The position numbers and the translations under genes are program-made. The notes beneath the pieces were generated by a model that saw only the letters and a program-made list of their open reading frames with translations, ran no database searches and was not told the DNA's origin. Below, one piece after another: positions 28,326 through 37,511 of a stretch of 64,000 bases of DNA. Every line of letters begins with the position of its first letter. Position 1 is the first letter of the stretch. The stretch spans positions 1,966 to 65,965 of the forward strand of contig JAZRWN010000113.1 in the NCBI GenBank assembly GCA_045599725.1, given 5' to 3'. The stretch is from Candidatus Cryptobacteroides sp. GTDB taxonomy: Bacteria; Bacteroidota; Bacteroidia; Bacteroidales; UBA932.

Positions 28326-31271
28326 TTAGAATTTGAGGTTTAGACCAAGTGTGAAAGTGCGTACCGGAGGGTAGTTGCTGGAGTATTCGTGGCCGAAGTA
28401 CATCAAGTCGTCGTTTGAAAGTTCAGGGTCGAGACCCGAGTACTTTGTGATGGTGAAGAGATTGGCTCCGGAAACATAGACTCTGGCGCTGCTGATCCAT
28501 TTGTTCTTGAGATTGAAATTGTAGCCGACAGCAGCATTCTTGAGCTTCACGAAATCACCGTTCTCAAGATGAGCGCTTGTCCATTGTTTAGAGTTCATCG
28601 CGCGGCCGAGAGCGTTTCCGTCTTCATACGGAGCATCGAGGAGACTCTTGAGATGGTTGTACTGTGTGAAATAGTAGCTTTCATACTGAACACGGTTCTC
28701 ATTGAGGATCTTGAATCCGAACTGTCCTGTGAACTGGAGGCTGAGGTCCCAGTTCTTGTACTTGAAACTGTTGTTGAAGCCGAGATAGACATCAGGAAGT
28801 GCATGGCCGAGGACCTGGCAGTAATCCTCATTGTTGTCCATGCTTACGACATATTCCTCGGAATTGCCGGTGGCAGGATTTTCAATCATCCATTTTCCGT
28901 TCTCAGAAACTCCCGTTGACACGAGACCGTACCAGAGATCCACTCTCTTGCCAGTCTCAAGACGGTGCGTCCTTGCAGATGAGATGTCGCCGAAACCGCC
29001 GTTGTACTGATAGTTGTCAGTCTCGTAAAGATCGTTGGAAAGGCTGACAAGTTTGTTGGAGTTATGAGAAGCCGTGAATGTGAGATCCCAGCGGAAATCA
29101 TTCTTCGCGACAGGAGTGGCATTGATTGCGACCTCAATACCTCTGTTCTTCATCACACCGACATTAGCGAGGGTCTCGTCATAGAGGTTCGGAGGTGTAG
29201 GCACGGCGTACCAGTAAAGCATGTCGCGTGTAGTCTTGTCGTAGTAGTCAAGAGTAAGGCCGAGACGGCTGTCAAGGATCTGGACATCAAGTCCTGCATT
29301 GAACTCTCCTGATTTCTCCCATTTGAGATCCGGGTTAGGGTTGGAAGCGATGGACATTCCCGGAAGCCAGGAACCGTCCTTGTAATAGTAACCGCCGTAG
29401 TTATAACGGGTAAGTGACATGTATGAGTCTCCAGGTATGACGCCGGTCACACCGTATCCTGCACGGACTTTGAGAACGTCTATCGCGTCGACATTCTGCA
29501 TGAAACTCTCGTTGTGGATGTTCCATCCTGCGGAGACTGAAGGGAATGTACCCCATTTGTGGTTGGTACCAAACTTGGAAGATCCCTCGTGGCGAACGCT
29601 GACGAGGAGGTTATAACGGTTGTCATAGCCATAGCTGATACGACCGAAGAAACCTATGAGTGTGCTCTCTCCCTTGTAGGAACTCATGCTTGCCTGTCCT
29701 TCCTTGAGCGCGGAACCTATTGAGAGGTTGTTGGCTCCGAAGAAGAATGACGGGAAGTTGTAGTTGGTTGCGCTGAAACTGTAGTTCAGGTCGTTCTGCC
29801 AACTGTAACCGGCCAGAGCGTTGAAGCGGTGCTTTCCACCGAATTCAGCGTCGTAACTTGAGGTGAGTTCCAGAAGGTTCTGCTTGTAGGCAGAGTAGGA
29901 CTGCGTCGCATATCCGGTGTATCCGTTCTTGATATTGCTGTAATCCACCTCATTGCGGAATGAGTCAGTGTGAGAGTTTGATTTGACGGTGGCGAGCTTG
30001 AGTGTAGTCTCCCAGCCTTTTACAGGCATCACGGTAAAGCTGCCGGTCAGTCGTGTCCTGTCATTCTTGTTACTTCCTTCGCGTCCCTTTATGTATGCTA
30101 CAGGATTGTAGTAGTTGGTGGCAGAGAAGTTCTCGTAGTAAGAACCGTCCGCATTGTATACCGGTTCTGTCGGGTTGCGCAGTATAGCCTGATGATATAC
30201 GCTGCTTGAACTTACGATATCGCTTTCTGTAGAACTGTTCTGAATGTCGAAACTGACTTTCAGAATATCGTTGAAGAGCCACTGGGATACTCCGGCATTG
30301 ACATTCAGCGCCTCGTTGTAGGTGTCGATGATGGTACCCTGACGGTCGCGGTAGGTGGCGTCAGCGTAGAAGGTGGTGTTCTTCATGCCACCACTGATAT
30401 TGATGTTATGGCTGTGGGTGAACGCTGTGCGTGTGATTTCTCCGAGCCAGTCTGTGTCTGCACCCTTGTCCTCGAGGTCAGTGTGGCCTGCACGGATATC
30501 AGCAACGTCCATGAACTCAAGAGTGTTGGCAAAGTCGGTGAGAGAGGCATATCCTGTATATGACGCCTTGACACTCTCGTTTCGCTTTGCACCCTTGGTC
30601 GTGATTATGATGACTCCGTTTGCTCCACGTGTTCCGTAGATGGCAGCTGCAGAAGCATCCTTGAGAACATCTATTGATTCGATGCTTTCCGGAGCCACAG
30701 TGTTCAGACTGCCTTCGATACCGTCAACGAGGACGAGAGGAGTCGTGCTGCCTTCAAGTGAAATGACACCACGCAGACGTATGGTCGATGTGGCGCTAGG
30801 GTCACCGCTGCCGTTGGCTATGGTGAGACCTGCGACTTTGCCCTGAATAAGTTCTCCGGCATCGCTGATGTTGCCGACGTTGAAATCATCAGCCTTTACG
30901 CTGGCCACGGCACTTGTTACGTCTCCTTTTCTTTGAGTGCCATAACCGATCACTACAAGTTCGTTGAGGAGATTGACATCTTCTTTAAGTATGATGTTGA
31001 TGACGCTCTGTCCGACCACTGAAATTTCTTCGGTGGCAAATCCGATGCATGAGATGCTCAGGGTAGCGTTCTCGGAAATGTTCGCCAATGAAAATTTTCC
31101 GTCAATGTCTGTGACGGTTCCTTTGTTTTCTGCTCCTTTCACCATGATACTGGCGCCTATGACCGGCTGCTGCGTCTCATCTTTGACTGTTCCGGTCACT
31201 GTCTTTTGTGCCAGTGCTGGAATCGATGTCGCCAGCAGTAGGATCAAACACAAAAATTCTTTGATTTTCAT
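28326..31271 (-). CDS. SusC/RagA TonB-dependent transporter
   Basis: VVIGYGTQRK, PLVLVDG, IDVLKDASAAAIYGTRGANGVIIITTK, NPDLKWEK, C-terminal LNLKF. Confidence 0.96.
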   Translation of the reverse strand: MKIKEFLCLILLLATSIPALAQKTVTGTVKDETQQPVIGASIMVKGAENKGTVTDIDGKFSLANISENATLSISCIGFATEEISVVGQSVINIILKEDVNLLNELVVIGYGTQRKGDVTSAVASVKADDFNVGNISDAGELIQGKVAGLTIANGSGDPSATSTIRLRGVISLEGSTTPLVLVDGIEGSLNTVAPESIESIDVLKDASAAAIYGTRGANGVIIITTKGAKRNESVKASYTGYASLTDFANTLEFMDVADIRAGHTDLEDKGADTDWLGEITRTAFTHSHNINISGGMKNTTFYADATYRDRQGTIIDTYNEALNVNAGVSQWLFNDILKVSFDIQNSSTESDIVSSSSVYHQAILRNPTEPVYNADGSYYENFSATNYYNPVAYIKGREGSNKNDRTRLTGSFTVMPVKGWETTLKLATVKSNSHTDSFRNEVDYSNIKNGYTGYATQSYSAYKQNLLELTSSYDAEFGGKHRFNALAGYSWQNDLNYSFSATNYNFPSFFFGANNLSIGSALKEGQASMSSYKGESTLIGFFGRISYGYDNRYNLLVSVRHEGSSKFGTNHKWGTFPSVSAGWNIHNESFMQNVDAIDVLKVRAGYGVTGVIPGDSYMSLTRYNYGGYYYKDGSWLPGMSIASNPNPDLKWEKSGEFNAGLDVQILDSRLGLTLDYYDKTTRDMLYWYAVPTPPNLYDETLANVGVMKNRGIEVAINATPVAKNDFRWDLTFTASHNSNKLVSLSNDLYETDNYQYNGGFGDISSARTHRLETGKRVDLWYGLVSTGVSENGKWMIENPATGNSEEYVVSMDNNEDYCQVLGHALPDVYLGFNNSFKYKNWDLSLQFTGQFGFKILNENRVQYESYYFTQYNHLKSLLDAPYEDGNALGRAMNSKQWTSAHLENGDFVKLKNAAVGYNFNLKNKWISSARVYVSGANLFTITKYSGLDPELSNDDLMYFGHEYSSNYPPVRTFTLGLNLKF

Positions 31272-31368
31272 AATTTGATTTTTTAATGTTAACTATTATT
31301 GGATAATTGTGGTTTCTTCTGTTTCCAGCTAAACACGAATGTGCTGAAATATTTTAGAATATTGCAGT

Positions 31369-31402
31369 AAAACAGTCCAAACTGTAATCAAAATAGTCCA
31401 AA
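31369..31402. promoter_or_regulatory. Direct repeat upstream of susC, candidate activator site
   Basis: AAAACAGTCCAAA (31369-31381) and AAAATAGTCCAAA (31390-31402), 12/13 identical, 21-bp period. Confidence 0.6.
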
Positions 31403-31549
31403 ATATTGTAAAACCGATACTATATTCGCTTTTCTGATACGAAAATGTTATCGCTGTTCTGATTCTGTTTTTAGTTGCTTCCAGTGCTGACAGCAGTACC
31501 TGAATATTTGAGTGCTTTTACTTATATTTGCATTCTATTCATGTTCTAT

Positions 31550-32596
31550 ATGGCAAAAGGATCGGTGAACATAGAATCTCTGTCACGGCAGTTGGTGGAG
31601 GATGCCCGCAAGGGTGTCTTCCGGCCTGTATATCTTCTGATGGGTGATGAACCGTTCTATCCGGACATGATCTGTGATGCCATCATGGAGAACTGTGTGG
31701 AGGAGAGTTTCAAGGACTTCAACGAGTATGTATTCTACGGATCAGAAACGAACGCTGACACTGTGGTCTCGGCTGCACGGCAGTTCCCGATGATGTCGGA
31801 AAGAACGCTCGTGGTGGTGAAGGAGGCTCAGCTGATGAAGGATATCGAGCAACTGCAGTTCTATTGCCAGCAGCCGCTGGATTCAACCGTTTTCGTCGTC
31901 CTCATGCACAAGGCATCAGCCGACAAGCGCAAGGGCTTCTACAAGTCTGTCCAGAAATGCGGAGGCGTAGTCGTCGAGTCACCGGCAGTGCGTGATTATG
32001 AGATCACGAACTGGATCATCAGATATTTCGAGGGGAAAGGACTGTCCATCAGCCCTGATGCCGCATCTCTGATGGGTGAGAGCACGGGAACTGAACTCAA
32101 TACCATTGCAGTGGAGACAGACAAACTTCTGAAGAATCTTCCGGAAGGGGCGAAGTCGGTCACCGTTGAGGATATAGAGAAGAATGTCGGCATCAGCCGC
32201 CAGTACAGCATTTTCGAACTGAACAGGGAGCTTGCGCTTCACAACGCGGCAAAAGCTGTACGGATAGCGACTCATATCGGTTCGTCCGCCAAGTTCGCGA
32301 TGCCAATGGCTACCAGCGTCATTTTCTCACAGTTCAGCAAGGTGCTCCGCTATGCTGCTCTTCTACAGAATAACCCTCGTCCTTCTCAGGATGAAAAGGC
32401 TGCGGCTCTTTCTGGAGTGAATCCATATTTCTACCGGGATTATGACGCGGCTGTCAGGTTCTATCCTGTCGGAAAGTGCATGAAAGTCATCTCCCTGCTC
32501 AATGAGTATGACTACAAGGGCAAGGGTGGTGACGGTGGCGACATGGATCAGGGCACGCTGCTCGTGGAGCTGGTTACGAAGATACTGAATGTCTAG
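31550..32596 (+). CDS. holA: DNA polymerase III delta subunit
   Basis: PVYLLMGDEPFY, FPMMSERTLVVVKEAQ, IEKNVGISRQYSIFEL; TATATTTG at 31523. Confidence 0.92.
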   Translation: MAKGSVNIESLSRQLVEDARKGVFRPVYLLMGDEPFYPDMICDAIMENCVEESFKDFNEYVFYGSETNADTVVSAARQFPMMSERTLVVVKEAQLMKDIEQLQFYCQQPLDSTVFVVLMHKASADKRKGFYKSVQKCGGVVVESPAVRDYEITNWIIRYFEGKGLSISPDAASLMGESTGTELNTIAVETDKLLKNLPEGAKSVTVEDIEKNVGISRQYSIFELNRELALHNAAKAVRIATHIGSSAKFAMPMATSVIFSQFSKVLRYAALLQNNPRPSQDEKAAALSGVNPYFYRDYDAAVRFYPVGKCMKVISLLNEYDYKGKGGDGGDMDQGTLLVELVTKILNV

Positions 32597-32678
32597 TTTT
32601 TATAATATTCTTTAATTATTTATTGTTTTACGATAAATTATTATTAGATTTGCACTACCAAATCAAAAGAGACAAAAA

Positions 32679-33533
32679 ATGGAATTGATCGAGTGTAAAG
32701 AAGTTTGCAAGAGTTTCGGAGAAAAAGTGGCTCTCGACCATGTCTCCATATCCATTCCGGAAGGCAAGATATTCGGCCTTCTGGGACCTAATGGAGCAGG
32801 CAAGACCACTCTCATCCGTATAATCAACAGGATTACGATCCCGAATTCGGGAGAAGTCCTTTTCAATGGAGCGCCCATCACCCAGCGTGATGTCGAGAAG
32901 ATCGGATATATGCCGGAGGAGCGCGGACTCTATAGAAAAATGAAGGTCGGCGACCAGGCCATGTATCTGGCCCAGTTGAAGGGAATGACTGCACAGGACG
33001 CTCGCGGGCAGCTCAAGGAATGGTTTGTCCGTTTCAGCATCCAGGACTGGTGGGACAAGAAAGTGGAGGAACTCTCGAAGGGTATGGCTCAGAAGCTCCA
33101 GTTCATCACCACCGTGGTGCATCGTCCGAAACTGCTCATCCTTGACGAGCCTTTCTCCGGTTTTGACCCTGTCAACGCCGAAGTCATCCGCAAGGAGATT
33201 CTGAGACTGAGGGATGAGGGCGCCACCATTGTCCTGTCAACCCATAACATGGAATCTGTGGAAGAGCTCTGCGATGATATTGCGCTTGTGAACAAGTCCC
33301 ATCTTGTGATCACGGGTGGTGTCACTGACATCCGCCGTCAGTACGGCAACAACAATGTCGAGCTCATCTACACTGACGAGGACGGCCGCCACACCGAAGT
33401 GCTGCCTCGCGAGACAGACGGCAACTCCACTCTTGAGACTTTCCTGGCCAAGGGAGTCACCATCAACTCATACCGTGAGCTCATGCCACGCATGAACGAT
33501 ATTTTCATCAAACTTGTAACGGAAGGGAGGTAG
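32679..33533 (+). CDS. ABC transporter ATP-binding protein (ABC-2/NatA-like)
   Basis: GPNGAGKTT, LSKGMAQK, LILDEPFSG, STH. Confidence 0.93.
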   Translation: MELIECKEVCKSFGEKVALDHVSISIPEGKIFGLLGPNGAGKTTLIRIINRITIPNSGEVLFNGAPITQRDVEKIGYMPEERGLYRKMKVGDQAMYLAQLKGMTAQDARGQLKEWFVRFSIQDWWDKKVEELSKGMAQKLQFITTVVHRPKLLILDEPFSGFDPVNAEVIRKEILRLRDEGATIVLSTHNMESVEELCDDIALVNKSHLVITGGVTDIRRQYGNNNVELIYTDEDGRHTEVLPRETDGNSTLETFLAKGVTINSYRELMPRMNDIFIKLVTEGR

Positions 33534-33537
33534 CAAT

Positions 33538-34887
33538 ATGAATCTGCATACAATAGGCATAATAATCGGCCGTGAATACCTGAACAAGGTCAAGAAGAAG
33601 AGTTTTCTTGTGACCACTTTCCTGGTACCGATACTGGTGGCCGGCCTTACCATCGGTCTGATATTCGTGATGATGAACACAAAGGAGAAGACCAAGACCA
33701 TAGCTGTCGTGGATGCTTCAGGTATAGTGCTTCCTTATCTTGAGAATACAGAGACCATCAACTATGTGGACTGCACGGGTGAGTCAGTGGACGATTTGAA
33801 ACTGAACCTGGCATCCCTGGGGTATGACGGCGTGCTCGGCATCTCCGAACTTGACACACTCGAAAAGACTGTCACCCCTGACCTTTATTCCTCCAAGCCT
33901 TTTGGGATGGAGATGACGGACAACATCACAAACAGGGTGGAGAAGGCTGTCGAGGACTACCGTATCGCCTCGTATGACATAGAAGGTCTGGACACTATCA
34001 TGAAGGAGGTCAAGGCCAGCATCCATCTCCGCTCATATACTGTGTCGGAGGACGGTGAGGAGAAGATTTCCGAGGCTGGTGTGTACTCCATCCTGTCAAT
34101 GGTACTCGGTATCATCATCTTCATCTTCGTGACTGTCTTCGGAAGTATGGTGATGTCTGCCGTGATAGAGGAGAAGTCCAGCCGTGTCGTGGAGGTGCTT
34201 GTCTCATCTGTGAAAGCCACTGAGCTCATGTTCGGAAAGATCATAGGCATCGCACTTGTCGCCCTGACCCAGTTCCTGCTCTGGATAGTGCTTTCAGCCG
34301 GCATCATCGGCCTGGCGAGTGGATTCATGAAGGACAGGATACTCGAATCAGCCGATGCTGCGCAGATTGCCAGTACCATGGGAGTGAGTGCGGACCAGAT
34401 CGACATGTCCATGCTGATTGACAGTGACAGCGAGGCGGCAGTCGTGTTTGACACGCTGAAGAATCTCCCTGTCGCAGAGATCATCATCGTGTTCCTGATA
34501 TTCTTCATTTTCGGATACCTGCTCTACGCGTCGCTTTTTGCAGCCATCGGCTCGGCAGTCGAGAACGAAGGCGACAGCCAGCAGCTGCAACTTCCATTGA
34601 CCATTCCTCTGATGTTGGGATACATCATTGCGCTATACGCGTTCAATGCTCCTGACAGCTCGATAGCGTTCTGGGGGTCCATATTCCCGTTCACCTCGCC
34701 GATAGTCATGATAGCCCGCCTGCCGTTCGGGGTGCCTGGATGGGAACTGGCACTGTCCATCGGACTGCTGGTCCTGACATTCGTGGCTTGTGCATGGCTT
34801 TCAGCAAAGATTTATAAGGTCGGAATCCTGATGTTCGGCAAGAAGTCGTCATGGAAGGACCTTTGGAACTGGTTAAAGCAGAAATAG
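33538..34887 (+). CDS. ABC-2 permease (NatB/YhaP-like)
   Basis: IIGREY, IEEKSSRVVEVL, GKIIG, FPFTSP; about 7 TM helices. Confidence 0.9.
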   Translation: MNLHTIGIIIGREYLNKVKKKSFLVTTFLVPILVAGLTIGLIFVMMNTKEKTKTIAVVDASGIVLPYLENTETINYVDCTGESVDDLKLNLASLGYDGVLGISELDTLEKTVTPDLYSSKPFGMEMTDNITNRVEKAVEDYRIASYDIEGLDTIMKEVKASIHLRSYTVSEDGEEKISEAGVYSILSMVLGIIIFIFVTVFGSMVMSAVIEEKSSRVVEVLVSSVKATELMFGKIIGIALVALTQFLLWIVLSAGIIGLASGFMKDRILESADAAQIASTMGVSADQIDMSMLIDSDSEAAVVFDTLKNLPVAEIIIVFLIFFIFGYLLYASLFAAIGSAVENEGDSQQLQLPLTIPLMLGYIIALYAFNAPDSSIAFWGSIFPFTSPIVMIARLPFGVPGWELALSIGLLVLTFVACAWLSAKIYKVGILMFGKKSSWKDLWNWLKQK

Positions 34888-34889
34888 AT

Positions 34890-35714
34890 ATGAAGAAAAT
34901 CATCCTGGTCCTCCTGGCGCTTGCCCTGCTTTCTCAGACAGCGGACGCCTTCGGGTTCAAGTGGAAGTCCATTCCTGTGGACGGCTCTCGCACCGGGGTC
35001 TCTGCTCCGAATGCGACGAATGCCTCCACTGCCATCGGCACTTTCGACGGAAGCACTTATGTCGCTCCGAACGGACGCAGGTTCAAGAAGAACTCCGCCA
35101 CTGCGAAAGCGGCTCGGCTCATGCTTGACGCACAGCTGGGAATGGCTGATCTGAAGGAAGTCGCGGGTTATTGTCCCAAAGGGCTTCGTCGTACGAGACC
35201 TGAAAATGTACTGGGTGACTGGATCGTGGACATCCTTATGGAAGCCACTGAGAAGGAGGTGGGGAAGAAAGTTGACATAGGTGTCACCAATCACGGAGGA
35301 ATCCGTGTCGACATGCCTCAGGGTGAAGTGCTCAAAGATGACCTTCTGGCGATGCTCCCTTTCAAGAACTATCTGTGCTATCTGACGATGTCCGGCGAGA
35401 ATGTCATCAAGTTCTTCGAGGACATGGCTGACAACATGCAGGTGATAGGAGGAGCATCAGTCAAGATCAAGGACGGGAAGATTCTGGAACTTCTTGTAGG
35501 CGGTGAACCGGTTGATCCGGAAAAGACATATGGCATAGCTTCCATCGACTTCCTTCTGGACGGAGGAGATGATATCTTCGTGGCAAGGAATGCAGACAGT
35601 CTGATCCTGACCGAGGTCATGATATATGATGCTGTCCTTTCATATGTCAGGGAAATGACCGCCTCCGGGAAAATGATAGAGAAAGAGTTGGACAACAGAG
35701 TGGTGGAGCTATGA
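34890..35714 (+). CDS. 5'-nucleotidase C-terminal domain protein
   Basis: Signal peptide; NHGGIR, LPFKN, DFLLDGGD. Confidence 0.88.
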   Translation: MKKIILVLLALALLSQTADAFGFKWKSIPVDGSRTGVSAPNATNASTAIGTFDGSTYVAPNGRRFKKNSATAKAARLMLDAQLGMADLKEVAGYCPKGLRRTRPENVLGDWIVDILMEATEKEVGKKVDIGVTNHGGIRVDMPQGEVLKDDLLAMLPFKNYLCYLTMSGENVIKFFEDMADNMQVIGGASVKIKDGKILELLVGGEPVDPEKTYGIASIDFLLDGGDDIFVARNADSLILTEVMIYDAVLSYVREMTASGKMIEKELDNRVVEL

Positions 35715-36517
35715 AGAAAGTGATATCCGTACTTGTGTGCGCCCTGATTCTGGCGTGCGCCGGTGCCAGTGCGCAGAAACTTGTCATCCTGCATGTGAAT
35801 GACACTCACAGCCATCTCGACCCTGAACGCAACGGCCGAAATGCCGGTCGTGGCGGAGTGATAGAGAGGGCAGCCTACATAGACAGCCTCAGGAATGCTG
35901 TCGGCAAGAAGCATGTCCTCCTTCTTCATGCCGGTGACTGGGATCAGGGGACGCCGTATTTCACAGTTTTCGGCGGAGATCTGGAGGTGAATCTCATCAA
36001 TGCTCTCAAGTATGACTGTGTGACCTTCGGCAATCATGAATTTGACAACGGCATCGAAGATATTGTCAGAAGGGTGGACAATATCAAGGCTCCTGTGGTC
36101 TGCGCAAACTATGACCTGTCACCATTCAGTGCGAAGGTGTCTCCTTACACCATCATCAGACGCGGTGGTTACAAGATAGGCATCATTGGCATGCTTGTCG
36201 GTCTCGGTTCAGTGGTGTCCCGTGAAACTGCTGACAGGATCCCGACGTTGGGCGATGACGCTGACGTCATAAACAGATGGTCTTCTTTCCTGAAGAACGA
36301 GAAGAAGTGCGACATGGTTATAGTTCTGTCACATATGGGATATGACAGGGATGTGGATGTGGCCAAGGATATCCGCGACGTGGATATTTTCATCGGAGGT
36401 CATTCTCACACCTATCTGAAAGACTTCACCTATGTCGAGGATCTGGACGGAAAAAAAGTCCCCGTGATCCAGGATGGTGACTGGGGACTCAATATCGGTC
36501 GTATCGACGTCTACTAG
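35711..36517 (+). CDS. 5'-nucleotidase N-terminal metallophosphoesterase
   Basis: LHVNDTHS, AGD, GNHEFD, LSHMG, GGHSHT. Confidence 0.9.
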   Translation: MKKVISVLVCALILACAGASAQKLVILHVNDTHSHLDPERNGRNAGRGGVIERAAYIDSLRNAVGKKHVLLLHAGDWDQGTPYFTVFGGDLEVNLINALKYDCVTFGNHEFDNGIEDIVRRVDNIKAPVVCANYDLSPFSAKVSPYTIIRRGGYKIGIIGMLVGLGSVVSRETADRIPTLGDDADVINRWSSFLKNEKKCDMVIVLSHMGYDRDVDVAKDIRDVDIFIGGHSHTYLKDFTYVEDLDGKKVPVIQDGDWGLNIGRIDVY

Positions 36518-37401
36518 AGAATGTTCATGCTCTGCTCGCGGATCTTCTCAAGCTCATCTTTCATACGGACCACGCATTTCTGGATGGATGCGTGGTTCGC
36601 TTTGCTTCCGGTGGTGTTGATCTCCCTTCCCATCTCCTGTATGATGAAACCAAGTTTCTTTCCAGGGTATGGCTCGGAGTCGATGGTGTCCATGAAGTAC
36701 TTGCAGTGCTGGCGGAGCCTGACTTTCTCTTCGTTGATGTCAAGTTTCTCGAGATAGTAGATCATCTCCTGCTCGAATCTCTCCTTGTCCACCTTTGCCT
36801 GCAGTTCCTCAAGGTTCTTCATAAGTTTGGCCTTGACGGTTTCAATCCTCTCGGACTCGTAGGTCTCCACCTCATCTTCAAGTCCCAGGATGGTCGTCAC
36901 GCGTGAAGTGACATCCTTGTATAAGGCAGCTCCTTCCTTGGCGCGGAAGTCGTTGATGGCTGTGAGGGCATTGTCAATGGCAGCTTCCACGACAGGCCAA
37001 TTGTCATCTGTGATGACATCCTGCTTCTTGGAGTCGATGACATCCGGCATTCTGAGAATGGTGGAGATCAGGTAGTTAGGCTCGTGAAGCTGCAGATTCA
37101 CAGCACCGAGTTCCATACCCAGGCTTTCGATTTGTCTGTAATACTCCATTGCGAGGTCCTGGTTGATCTGTTTCGCGCTTTCGGCGACGTTCGGCTCCCA
37201 GGTGACGAACATGTCGATGGTGCCTCTCTGGAGCGAGTCCGCTATCTTCTTGCGAATACCCATCTCCTTGTCCTTCGGTATCAGGGAGGTCTTGAGACTG
37301 ATGTCAGTGCTTTTTCCGTTCACTGAACGGAATTCTATCGTGAGTCTGCCGTTGTCGAGTTGTGCTTCGGACTTGCCGTAGCCTGTCATTGACTTGATCA
37401 T
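36514..37401 (-). CDS. yicC: YicC/YloC family endoribonuclease
   Basis: MIKSMTGYG, RSVN, GKKLGFIIQEMGREINTTGSKAN, EKIREQSMNI. Confidence 0.93.
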   Translation of the reverse strand: MIKSMTGYGKSEAQLDNGRLTIEFRSVNGKSTDISLKTSLIPKDKEMGIRKKIADSLQRGTIDMFVTWEPNVAESAKQINQDLAMEYYRQIESLGMELGAVNLQLHEPNYLISTILRMPDVIDSKKQDVITDDNWPVVEAAIDNALTAINDFRAKEGAALYKDVTSRVTTILGLEDEVETYESERIETVKAKLMKNLEELQAKVDKERFEQEMIYYLEKLDINEEKVRLRQHCKYFMDTIDSEPYPGKKLGFIIQEMGREINTTGSKANHASIQKCVVRMKDELEKIREQSMNIL

Positions 37402-37511
37402 GAGCTTCTTTTTTATTATGCCAAATTTAGCAATCTTTTCTCTCTTGCCCAACTTTTCTTTGGAAGCCATTGGGAAAATCAGTAATTTTGAAAACTAATC
37501 GATTGTTTTCT

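Noticed and set aside
34890-36517. 5'-nucleotidase split into two genes in reversed domain order
   Set aside because: Common Bacteroidetes arrangement; each half has its own signal peptide, so it is not a frameshift
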